A DNA stretch of 64,000 bases from the IMG/VR virus record IMGVR_UViG_3300032038_000015, positions 67,992-131,991 of that record, one strand, 5' to 3'. A program made the translations under genes and the position numbers. The first letter of the stretch is position 1; the number at the start of each line of letters is the position of its first letter. This document shows positions 49,758 through 58,272 of this stretch, one piece after another. The DNA is from a virus. Its lineage: Duplodnaviria; Caudoviricetes. A model generated the notes under the pieces. It was given only the letters and a program-made list of their open reading frames with translations. It ran no database searches and was not told the DNA's origin.

Positions 49758-50295
49758 TCCATAATCTCGGAGCGTCAACTGGCGCATTGTAATCCAAATA
49801 CTCATATTCCTGTACTTCATATCCAAGCAATCCAAGAAACTGTCTTGTAGGGAACTTTCTCACATATCGCTTATATTCCTTAATCTGCTTATTGTAATTG
49901 CTGCGATACTCTGCAATCATATTCTCTGTCATAGATAACTCATTCATAAGAGTCTTATAGTTCTCATTGGACTTCAGCTCAGGATATGCTTCTGCAACTG
50001 CTGTAATAGCTGTTGTTACATTCTCAATATCTCCTGTTGATCCACGACCATCGGCAACTGCTGTCAATGTATCAGCTTCATGTTTGTCATACTGTTTTAC
50101 GCAATCAGCAAGGTTATACACAAGGTCAACTCTTCGCTTTTCCTGTACCTTAATATCTGATGACGCTGTATTTACCTGTTCCTCAAGTGCAATAGCTTTA
50201 TTCTGCGAACTCTGTACACCAAATACAATCATCAAAATAACTGCTAATACTCCTACACCAATAATTACTGGCACTTTCCAATTTGTGTTCTTCAT
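49750..50295 (-). CDS. lemA: LemA family protein
   Basis: N-terminal transmembrane segment, KRR.DL..NL, AEAYPELKSNENY, YN..VRKFP. Confidence 0.88.
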   Translation of the reverse strand: MKNTNWKVPVIIGVGVLAVILMIVFGVQSSQNKAIALEEQVNTASSDIKVQEKRRVDLVYNLADCVKQYDKHEADTLTAVADGRGSTGDIENVTTAITAVAEAYPELKSNENYKTLMNELSMTENMIAEYRSNYNKQIKEYKRYVRKFPTRQFLGLLGYEVQEYEYLDYNAPVDAPRLWNE

Positions 50296-50381
50296 TTAAA
50301 ATCTCCTTTATATGTAATATTTTTTGAAGTTCTAAAAGCCTTATTTTTTAATGCTTTCGTAACCTCTCAATTTGTTATTCT

Positions 50382-51395
50382 CTACTTTTTATTCATTTTC
50401 TTTACAAATTCACGATACTTCCTTGTATATTCGTAAGAATCTCCAAAAATATTATTAACAGCCTTATAAAGTTTTGGTTCATATTTTTGAATAATTTCAA
50501 GCTCATTCTCAAAATCTCTTCCAAATGGACAACCTGCACAACCTGTTCTTGGTAAGGCATAAACAACATAACAATCTGAATGCTCAACATTATAAGCGTT
50601 TTCATAATCAATTTTGTCAGAATCTTTATACCAAAATAGAGGTCTATAATTATCGCATCCATCATCGCCTTCACTAAAACACGACTTATAGGATGTGGCT
50701 CTAACACCACCTTCTGCTCTTCGCACACCAACTATATTTAATTCATATGTATTTTCTTTTATTAATTTATGAGAAACGTCCTTTTTTGCATACTGACAAC
50801 ATTTTGATGAAATTTTAAATGTTGGTGGATTTTCAATAATAAACTCTTTAAGCCATTTATTATTTGCAATATTAAAAGCATTCGATTTCTTTAAATTACA
50901 CCACCACAGCAAAGCAGCTTTACACTTAGGATATTCCTTATATAATTCATCAAACGATTTATCTTCCCATTTAAAATCATGTCTTTGAAGTCTATCTATA
51001 TATTCAGCAGCTTGTTTGTTTATAAACGGTTGACCATATTGCTTACATGATAACGGAATAGGCTTAATTGCCTTATATGGTTTTATCATTATATTATATT
51101 TATTTTCCAAATACTTTAAATGTTCTTTAGTCGCTTGATATTCAAGACCAGTATCAAACCAAACATAATCAACTTTATTATCTTTGTCACATCGCCACAC
51201 AATATCAAGCATCACATCGCTATCCGATCCACCTGAAATGGAACATACAATTTTCTTATATTTTGGGCTGTTAATTTTTGACCATGCTCTAACCAAATTA
51301 TCACCAATAATTTGATTACGTGGGCATGTATTTAATAATTCATCAAGCGTTTTTGCTTTTCGTAATGAATTAGTATTTTTATTGTTTGTAGTCAT
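50382..51395 (-). CDS. PAPS-reductase-family (PP-loop, Fe-S) protein
   Basis: SISGGSDS, FDTGLE, KCC..KK, GVRRAE, RTGCAGCPF. Confidence 0.85.
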   Translation of the reverse strand: MTTNNKNTNSLRKAKTLDELLNTCPRNQIIGDNLVRAWSKINSPKYKKIVCSISGGSDSDVMLDIVWRCDKDNKVDYVWFDTGLEYQATKEHLKYLENKYNIMIKPYKAIKPIPLSCKQYGQPFINKQAAEYIDRLQRHDFKWEDKSFDELYKEYPKCKAALLWWCNLKKSNAFNIANNKWLKEFIIENPPTFKISSKCCQYAKKDVSHKLIKENTYELNIVGVRRAEGGVRATSYKSCFSEGDDGCDNYRPLFWYKDSDKIDYENAYNVEHSDCYVVYALPRTGCAGCPFGRDFENELEIIQKYEPKLYKAVNNIFGDSYEYTRKYREFVKKMNKK

Positions 51396-51595
51396 AATCT
51401 CTTATTTTTCATAGAGATTGCGCAATCTAAATTACCTATAGGTTTACTATTTTTACCTTTCTGTATTATAAAATCATTGATTTTCCTAGTGTTTGCAACC
51501 ACTATAAGAAAATACTATTTCTTCTTGTTACTGGGATTCCCATAGCCGAATGGCTTAGATATGATTAAAAATTTTTCCAATGAAAGATTGGATTC

Positions 51596-52069
51596 TTATG
51601 ATGATACAATCTCATAAATAATATCATCGTGATATTTACCATTCTTATCCTTAATTGAATCTTTTAGAATATGTTTCGTTCCATTGTGTTTCTTGATAAA
51701 GCTATCATATCCTCTACAAGCAGGATTACCACTTACAGCGCTCCATTCAACTCTATGTAATGTTTTAATCAGTTCTTCTAATTTATCGAATACATCTCTT
51801 CCAACTAAGACATTTCCTCTGTCAAATGAGAACAATCCAAAGTCATATGCTTTAGATGCATACCAATTAACGGAATATCCTAAGTAACCAATGAGTTTTT
51901 CGTTCTTATCAATTATTGCATATTGAAATTGACTCTCATTTGAACATTCTGCAATTTCAGGACTCCAATTGCACATGCAACCTGTTTCATACATCATATC
52001 TGTTGTATAGTAATATTTCTGAAATTCTTTCTTAATTTGTTCTTTATATAAAATTGCAGGTACTAACAC
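51596..52069 (-). CDS. GNAT-like acetyltransferase-fold protein
   Basis: LIGY, HRVEWSAVSGNPA..Y..F, G.YHD..YEI (RimJ-like pattern). Confidence 0.6.
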   Translation of the reverse strand: MLVPAILYKEQIKKEFQKYYYTTDMMYETGCMCNWSPEIAECSNESQFQYAIIDKNEKLIGYLGYSVNWYASKAYDFGLFSFDRGNVLVGRDVFDKLEELIKTLHRVEWSAVSGNPACRGYDSFIKKHNGTKHILKDSIKDKNGKYHDDIIYEIVSS

Positions 52070-52747
52070 TTAATCACCTCCTCTTTTCAATAATTCAAGG
52101 ATATGTTGCTTTTCTGTGAAGTTACTACAATATTTCTCAATGCCTTGTGCCATAATATCTTTTAATTCATCTTCCTCATATGTAGAGCCAAATTGCGACC
52201 AACTACAACTATGTTCTATATCATTGTGTACTAACGCAAGTTTAAATACACTGCCACCATAATTCTTATATGCATTTAATTTGATAGCTTTAATGTGAGG
52301 AATTTCTAAACGCCAATTATGCTCTTTATATTCAAACTGAATATTAGTAGCTTGACCAAAATTAAAATCAATGAATTTAACATCATTCATGTACTCAATA
52401 TCAAGAAGTTTTTTAATATAATCAACATACCAATCATATGCTTCCTTTTCTTTATATTTCTTTCTTTTATCAAGCTTATTACCATCAGCATCCTGATTAT
52501 TTGATAACATATTTAACCATTCTCTACACGTTTTAATAGTAGATGGCTGATCAAGTAGCATATACTGAATGTTCTCTTTGTAAGTGCGAAATGTCTGTTG
52601 TTCAATAAGGTCATATTCATTCTTCATGTCATCTAATGCTTGTTTCTTTGCAGACAATCTTCTTTCTGCTTGTGCAAACTTATTTAATGAATCCATTTCA
52701 TATTCGCCATTATAGTTGTATGTGCCATTTTTATATACTAAAGACAT
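52070..52747 (-). CDS. Hypothetical protein
   Basis: ORF with RBS GAGGTG. Confidence 0.7.
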   Translation of the reverse strand: MSLVYKNGTYNYNGEYEMDSLNKFAQAERRLSAKKQALDDMKNEYDLIEQQTFRTYKENIQYMLLDQPSTIKTCREWLNMLSNNQDADGNKLDKRKKYKEKEAYDWYVDYIKKLLDIEYMNDVKFIDFNFGQATNIQFEYKEHNWRLEIPHIKAIKLNAYKNYGGSVFKLALVHNDIEHSCSWSQFGSTYEEDELKDIMAQGIEKYCSNFTEKQHILELLKRGGD

Positions 52748-52812
52748 TAATCATTCACCTCACTTTAATATTCTCTCTTTGTGACCAAATGAATCCTGAA
52801 TTTACTGTTGCT

Positions 52813-53001
52813 CTACTTAACAAACTTTAAACATAGATTAATTAAATTTATAACAAGTGCCATACAACAAAGAACCAATGCATAACATGAACTCCATAAA
52901 GGCTCTTTCTTAATACATTTTTTATAAATTGGAAATCCAATCAACCATAATAGCCACGCCACAGCTACAATCACAAATAAAATAATCATAAATGTCTTCA
53001 T
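52813..53001 (-). CDS. Small membrane protein
   Basis: Two hydrophobic segments and RBS GAGGAG. Confidence 0.6.
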   Translation of the reverse strand: MKTFMIILFVIVAVAWLLWLIGFPIYKKCIKKEPLWSSCYALVLCCMALVINLINLCLKFVK

Positions 53002-53013
53002 AAACAATCTCCT

Positions 53014-53181
53014 CTATTTACAATTCCCAAGTCCAACTTTATAGTCATCCTTTACATCAATAGTTACTTCTCTCTGAAATTTTCCTTCTTTATCATACAA
53101 AGACAAGTAATATCTGTTTCCACGCTGCTCTAATACAACATCTTCATTTTCGAATAACTGAACTCGTTTCTGTTTCTGTAC
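53014..53181 (-). pseudogene. Headless gene fragment abutting the downstream guide scaffold
   Basis: Open frame VQKQKRVQLFENEDVVLEQRGNRYYLSLYDK...CK* with no start codon or RBS. Confidence 0.55.
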
Positions 53182-53263
53182 TTTTTGTATTATTTAAAAT
53201 TCTGATGAGTGATTATATCCTCACCATTCAGATGCAAAATCACCTGCAATCTTTCGATTGATT
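53182..53263 (-). ncRNA. Fused omegaRNA-like guide scaffold downstream of cas12f-like gene (scaffold C)
   Basis: CAATC-GAAA-GATTG, CAGGTG-ATTTTG-CATCTG, AAT, GTGAG-GAT-ATA-ATC-ACTCAT, then terminal CAAAA complementary to the ATTTTG loop. Homologous to both upstream tracrRNA-like elements. Confidence 0.75.
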
Positions 53264-53272
53264 AAGTAGCTC

Positions 53273-54661
53273 TTAGTCGACTTTATTATTCTCTGAACCA
53301 TTCTTGTTCTGTTCATACTTTTCAGAGATATCATAATATTTTCTTGCTTCCTGTTTACTCTTTTCAGTAACTTGTCCACTTTCCATCCAAAGAGTTGACT
53401 TTGCAATATTTCTAGCAGCATTAAAATCAGCATTAAAACCAGTTTTCTCATATTTCTTATGACTATCACAATTCTCATTCGCACATTCAAATACTGACTG
53501 TGATTTTCTCTGACCAAATTCCCAATTACCACATACACTGCAAATCTGTGATGTATAACAAGGATTGATTTTTCTTACTTCTATTCCGTATTTAGCTGCT
53601 TTATATGTAATATAATCTTGAAGCTTATAATAACTCCAATTTCTCAGGATAAAATCGCTTGTATCATATCCTGTTAAATTCTCAATATTTATGTATTTAG
53701 CATTATGCTTTAAAGCAAAATCAACAACTCTCTTACTTATCATGTGACAATATGTTTCAACAAAATGTGCTTCTGCTTTCTGTAATCTTTCCAATGCTTT
53801 CAATTTCTTTGCTCTACCATGACCGCCAGAAGTATTTCTCAATGACTTCTGTAATCTTCTTCTCTGAGCTTGCATTTTAGTTCTTATTCTTAGAAAGTCA
53901 TCTGCATTTCCAATTGCCAATCTCTCGTAAAGATTATTATTTAAAGCACACATCGCAGGAACAGCAATACCTAAATCAACACCTACTACTGTATTTTCGT
54001 CTAACTCTCTAAGTTGTTTTGGAATAGATATTGAAAGATTCAAAATGATTGATTTACCATCAATTTCAATACTGCTTCCTTGCACTTTATAATTCTCTTC
54101 TAATATATTTTGTACAACAGATCTTAACTCTAATGACCTATGCGGATTACCAAATACAACCTTGAATACAATTTTATTAACCCACTTGACATATACAGCT
54201 AAATCAGAATCGTTAATTTTATCTAAGAAATCCTGATAAGTTTCATATTCGTGATAAAAAGTTAAGTTTCTACCTCTTGTAATAAGTGGATTGGTTCTCT
54301 TATAATTAGTTACTGTTCGTTCACCTTTAGCCAATCCATTCTTTAAAGCTGTGCTGAAATCCTGCTTGACTTTTTGCGTAACAGCTGATGGTGTATCTAC
54401 GCCTGTTGCAAAATCAATATCTTTTAATATAATATTAGAATTTGTCATTATTTCTTTCTGTCTTGCCTTAAATTCTTCATTCTTAATATCACGATTATAT
54501 TTGTAATATTCACTCATAAGCTGTCCCATAAGTAAATTACACGCTTGATACTGAGCATACTGACCATTTCTAATAAAGTCATATACTCTATTGATTTCCT
54601 CCTTATCTCCTACTGGAAATAATTTAATTTTTCTACAAATTGTCATTCTATCGTTTCCCAT
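53273..54661 (-). CDS. cas12f: Cas12f-like (type V-F / TnpB-derived) compact RNA-guided nuclease, 462 aa
   Basis: RuvC I VGVDLG, bridge helix, GGHGR.KKL motif, RuvC II NIENL, NWSYY.LQ..I.YKA, TSQ.CS.CG zinc finger, RuvC III NADFNAARNIA. Adjacent mini-arrays. Confidence 0.8.
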   Translation of the reverse strand: MGNDRMTICRKIKLFPVGDKEEINRVYDFIRNGQYAQYQACNLLMGQLMSEYYKYNRDIKNEEFKARQKEIMTNSNIILKDIDFATGVDTPSAVTQKVKQDFSTALKNGLAKGERTVTNYKRTNPLITRGRNLTFYHEYETYQDFLDKINDSDLAVYVKWVNKIVFKVVFGNPHRSLELRSVVQNILEENYKVQGSSIEIDGKSIILNLSISIPKQLRELDENTVVGVDLGIAVPAMCALNNNLYERLAIGNADDFLRIRTKMQAQRRRLQKSLRNTSGGHGRAKKLKALERLQKAEAHFVETYCHMISKRVVDFALKHNAKYINIENLTGYDTSDFILRNWSYYKLQDYITYKAAKYGIEVRKINPCYTSQICSVCGNWEFGQRKSQSVFECANENCDSHKKYEKTGFNADFNAARNIAKSTLWMESGQVTEKSKQEARKYYDISEKYEQNKNGSENNKVD

Positions 54662-54674
54662 AATTTGTAAATCT

Positions 54675-54834
54675 CCTTTATATTTTCATAATTTTAAATA
54701 TGTCTAAAACTAAAAACAAAGAATATCAGACATTTAAAGTTTTATATCTATGTAATTTTATATACATCTAAAACAATTGAATCAAATTTATCTTTATCAC
54801 TTAAGTTTTATACCTATGTATATGCATCTAAAAC
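54675..54834 (-). CRISPR. Mini-array A: 3 repeats (GTTTTAGATGTATATAAAATTACATAGATATAAAAC type), 2 spacers
   Basis: Repeats at 54805-54834 (6-nt deletion), 54739-54774 and degenerate 54675-54710. Spacers 54775-54804 (30 nt) and 54711-54738 (28 nt). Confidence 0.8.
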
Positions 54835-54916
54835 CTCAAACTTATTACATAGATTTTCAATGAGTCGCATTGCGCTCACGATTCGGCAGTAAAATCTACC
54901 GCAATAGAATTGATTT
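54835..54916 (-). ncRNA. tracrRNA-like scaffold A
   Basis: CGGTAG-ATTTTA-CTGCCG, AAT, GTGAG-CGC-AAT-GCG-ACTCAT, anti-repeat ATCTATGTAAT complementary to repeat A. Confidence 0.78.
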
Positions 54917-54934
54917 TAATTTCATTTATATATT

Positions 54935-55102
54935 CTCTTAATAAGATGTAATTTTATGTGCTCTCAAAACTGTTGCTCATAACAATAGATTCAAGTGACG
55001 CATTTTGTTAATATGTAATTTCATATACTTCCAAAACAAGATGGTTCATTTCAATGAGTTCCTGAAATTTTGTTAATATGTAATTTCATATACTTCCAAA
55101 AC
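54935..55102 (-). CRISPR. Mini-array B: 3 repeats (GTTTTGGAAGTATATGAAATTACATATTAACAAAAT), 2 spacers
   Basis: Identical 36-mers at 55067-55102 and 55002-55037, degenerate copy 54935-54970. Spacers 55038-55066 (29 nt) and 54971-55001 (31 nt). Confidence 0.85.
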
Positions 55103-55195
55103 CCCAAATTACATACAAATTACATACTTTTCAGTGAGTGGAATTACCCTCACTATTCGGACTCAAAATAGCCCGTAGTCAAAAGACTAATGATT
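55103..55195 (-). ncRNA. tracrRNA-like scaffold B
   Basis: TAGTC-TTTT-GACTA, CGGGCT-ATTTTG-AGTCCG, AAT, GTGAG-GG-TAATT-CC-ACTCAC, anti-repeat TATGTAATTT (tandemly duplicated) complementary to repeat B. Confidence 0.78.
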
Positions 55196-55415
55196 ATAGG
55201 ATAAACTGGCTTGAATTAGCCAAATAGATTTGTTACAATAGAACAAATATAGTTTATCCTATATTTTATTCTCTGTAGAACAGATTGTTAGGTCGCCAAA
55301 CTTGTGCAATCTGTTCTACTGTTTTTTGTTTCAATATCTAAATAATATTCATTCGTTAATGGATTTACATATATTCGATTATCAGGTGAGTCATAATCAC
55401 AACGGTTACACATCT

Positions 55416-55982
55416 TTATTCTCCACTCTTAATGATTTCTTCTAATGTTCTTGGCGTGTAATTCATATAATTCTTCATACATCCGACATTCCACATATTA
55501 CATGGCTTATCATATAAAGCTGTCATCTGATATTTTACTTGCTGTATTATATTATCTTCAAAACCTGTATGTACATGACCGTAGAGATGGTAGCTTCTGT
55601 AGTAGTGATTCTTAAAGCAAGGAATTGGATAATGGCACAGAACTACAATTTTACCATCACCAATATCGAGTTCCTTGTAATCGGTAATTTCACAGAATCT
55701 ACTCTGTAATTCCCTATTTTTTAATAACTTGCCATCATGATTGCCCTTAATTAGATGTATATTCCCATTCAAATTGTTAAAAATTTCAATAGTTTTTGTT
55801 GTGTTGTACCACGAAATATCTCCAAGCAAATATACGTCATCATCAATTCCGACTGTATTGTTCCAATTTTTAATAATCGTTTCGTCATTCTCTTCAATTG
55901 ATTTAAAAGGTCTGTTGTCAAATGCCATGCAGTTTTTATGTCCAAAATGTAAATCTGATATAAAATAATTCATACTTTTCAC
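55416..55982 (-). CDS. Calcineurin-like metallophosphoesterase
   Basis: SDLHFGH, LGD, GNHD, CHYP, GHVH. Confidence 0.9.
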   Translation of the reverse strand: MKSMNYFISDLHFGHKNCMAFDNRPFKSIEENDETIIKNWNNTVGIDDDVYLLGDISWYNTTKTIEIFNNLNGNIHLIKGNHDGKLLKNRELQSRFCEITDYKELDIGDGKIVVLCHYPIPCFKNHYYRSYHLYGHVHTGFEDNIIQQVKYQMTALYDKPCNMWNVGCMKNYMNYTPRTLEEIIKSGE

Positions 55983-57068
55983 CTACTCATTATTCTTCAA
56001 TAAGAATTCAGGACTAACCGCTTTAAATGACTGCTTTCCATCTTCGCTTCTGAATACAATTCCTTCTCTGAGAGTATCGTATAACTGACTCTTACCTGTT
56101 GCATATTCAAGAACTTCTGGTACGGTCATTCCTTTAATAGGTGCATCTTCAGATAAAATAGGAACGAACTTTAACCCTAAATCATTTACAATTTTCTTTG
56201 CTTCTACAGATCCGACTCGTCCACTTGGATAAATCAGATTGAAAATATATAAATCTGGTTCTGTAACATGATATTTATTACTCTGAACATTGGATGCAAC
56301 ACATTCTCCTTGAATTGCTACCCACTCATTATCTCCAATCAGCTTATGAAGAACCTCTTCAATGTTGTATTTCTCAGCAACACTCCAAAATGAAGATGTA
56401 TCTTTTTTCCACTTTCTGAGATTTCTTGAACATACTGCAAAATCATATGTATCCTTGTTCCAAAAATGTTTACCTTTTACTCGCTGTAATGTAAATGAAC
56501 CACTCTGCCCATCAACCTTTTCAGTTGCAATCCACTTACAGTCCATATTCAGATAGAAAGGTGCATTCTGAATTCTTGTTTCGTCAGTCTTACTAATAAA
56601 ACTTGGAAAGCCTTTGGCTTGTTTCTTTGGTAATACAAGCTTTCTAAACCAAGCCATTCTCATTAAAAATTCAGGATATTTCTTCGCAGGTGTCTTAGTA
56701 TTTTCTGTATCTACCTCTTCCTTATCCATTGTTGGCTCATATTGTGTAATACCAAGAATCTCTGTTACATCATCTCCAATGTTATATTCTCCTTCTGGAA
56801 GAATTGATAATGGGAATACAATTCCCTGGCTGATCACACCTGCCATCTTCATTGTCTTAATGCGGAATTTCTTACTTCTTAAAAATTCAAACTCAGGCTT
56901 TTCAGGGAATACAGAATCAATCTCTGCAAATACAACCTTATCTCCTACCTTAAAATGCTTCTGAACAATTACTGTCCAACCTAATACTGTTGCTAATACG
57001 ATTCTATCCTTACCCTCAATCGGGATAATAGAATTAATTTCTTCAATATGCGCTAATGCTCTTGCCAT
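55983..57068 (-). CDS. RNA ligase (Rnl2/DRB0094-like, N-terminal OB fold)
   Basis: EIDS, SQG, KTDETRIQN, TEKVDG, QGE, EGIVFR, SFKAVS. Confidence 0.88.
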   Translation of the reverse strand: MARALAHIEEINSIIPIEGKDRIVLATVLGWTVIVQKHFKVGDKVVFAEIDSVFPEKPEFEFLRSKKFRIKTMKMAGVISQGIVFPLSILPEGEYNIGDDVTEILGITQYEPTMDKEEVDTENTKTPAKKYPEFLMRMAWFRKLVLPKKQAKGFPSFISKTDETRIQNAPFYLNMDCKWIATEKVDGQSGSFTLQRVKGKHFWNKDTYDFAVCSRNLRKWKKDTSSFWSVAEKYNIEEVLHKLIGDNEWVAIQGECVASNVQSNKYHVTEPDLYIFNLIYPSGRVGSVEAKKIVNDLGLKFVPILSEDAPIKGMTVPEVLEYATGKSQLYDTLREGIVFRSEDGKQSFKAVSPEFLLKNNE

Positions 57069-57108
57069 TTTCAGTACCTCTCTTTCTATTTTCTATGTAT
57101 TTATTCTC

Positions 57109-57381
57109 TTATCTCAACTCAATCTCACCGAATTTTAATGTGTCATCTTCGAATACTTTATTGCCAAGATAATATCCAACTAAACCACCTGATATTTTTG
57201 CATTTTCAAATACAGATACCTTACACTGGTCTGCTAACCTATTAATAGTATCTTTATTAGCGAATATATACGGATAATAGTTTTCATCGCCCGTATTATT
57301 TCTTACGGTTTCTTGCTGTTCGTACATATTCTTTCTTAATACATTTTCATCTATTTCTTTAACTATTGAAAATTTACTCAT
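57109..57381 (-). CDS. Hypothetical protein
   Basis: ORF with RBS AAGGAG. Confidence 0.65.
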   Translation of the reverse strand: MSKFSIVKEIDENVLRKNMYEQQETVRNNTGDENYYPYIFANKDTINRLADQCKVSVFENAKISGGLVGYYLGNKVFEDDTLKFGEIELR

Positions 57382-57655
57382 TTATCTCCTTTCAGAAGGA
57401 AATGCTTTTTTATTAAGATTGTTTCTTAGTAGCTTCCTTCAAAAATTTTTCCATATTATCAGCGTCTTTATCTGTGAATTTTCTTAGTTTTTCATAACAC
57501 TTTCCTGTCATCATAAGTGTATTATTCACTAGCAGTATTTTCGTGTTATCTGGTACAATTTTTATGCCGTATCTTTTCAACCACTTCTTATTAATACGTT
57601 TTTTCTTATGGGTTCTTCTTTGAATATCTTTAGTGATATACTCAGTTATGAGGTT

Positions 57656-57958
57656 TTATAACGTGAAATACTGATACATGCACTCATTTCTATATTTTTG
57701 TATAAGACTCTGTTCAATCATCTTTTTATCAAATTCATCCAATGAATTATATATATCCATAATATGTTTACTTGGATTATTAAGACAGTCAGCATACTCT
57801 TTGTCGTTTTCTGCTTGCAATTTTATATAATCAAATGCATCACACTCGTTGCTAAATCCAACATCAAGCTCATTACCATTTTCATCTTTTATAAATATTA
57901 CTTCACCAGATGCGTGAGTTTCTGGATTAGGACTTCTAGTTAATTTGTATCTTTTCAT
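57656..57958 (-). CDS. Hypothetical protein
   Basis: ORF with RBS. Confidence 0.65.
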   Translation of the reverse strand: MKRYKLTRSPNPETHASGEVIFIKDENGNELDVGFSNECDAFDYIKLQAENDKEYADCLNNPSKHIMDIYNSLDEFDKKMIEQSLIQKYRNECMYQYFTL

Positions 57959-57962
57959 ATTG

Positions 57963-58208
57963 TTATTCTCCTATTTCTATCTGGTCATCATCCAATAATC
58001 CAAATTTTCGTAAATAATACTGTTTGGTTTTATCATCGACTCTACAATAAAAATTATGTCTTCCTGATTTCTGTAAAGATAACGTATTTATATTAAATTC
58101 TGCGTTCATAATAATAAGCAATTCATTTAATGTAATATCATAACAATGAAATGTTTCGCCTATCAGAAGCTTGTAGTAATTCTTCTCTAATTCTGTTATT
58201 ATTTTCAC
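57963..58208 (-). CDS. Hypothetical protein
   Basis: ORF in operon orientation. Confidence 0.6.
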   Translation of the reverse strand: MKIITELEKNYYKLLIGETFHCYDITLNELLIIMNAEFNINTLSLQKSGRHNFYCRVDDKTKQYYLRKFGLLDDDQIEIGE

Positions 58209-58272
58209 CTACTTTCATCTCCGAAAGAAACGTGGTTTTTATGTGGTTTTTCAACCTCTGAAAGCCTTAATT

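Noticed and set aside
54675-55195. Reading the arrays as + strand Cas9-type crRNA/tracrRNA decoys
   Set aside because: The anti-repeats do not form the Cas9 lower stem with GTTTTA. The - strand reading gives G-U-consistent stems, a covarying pseudoknot, and homology to the scaffold downstream of the nuclease.
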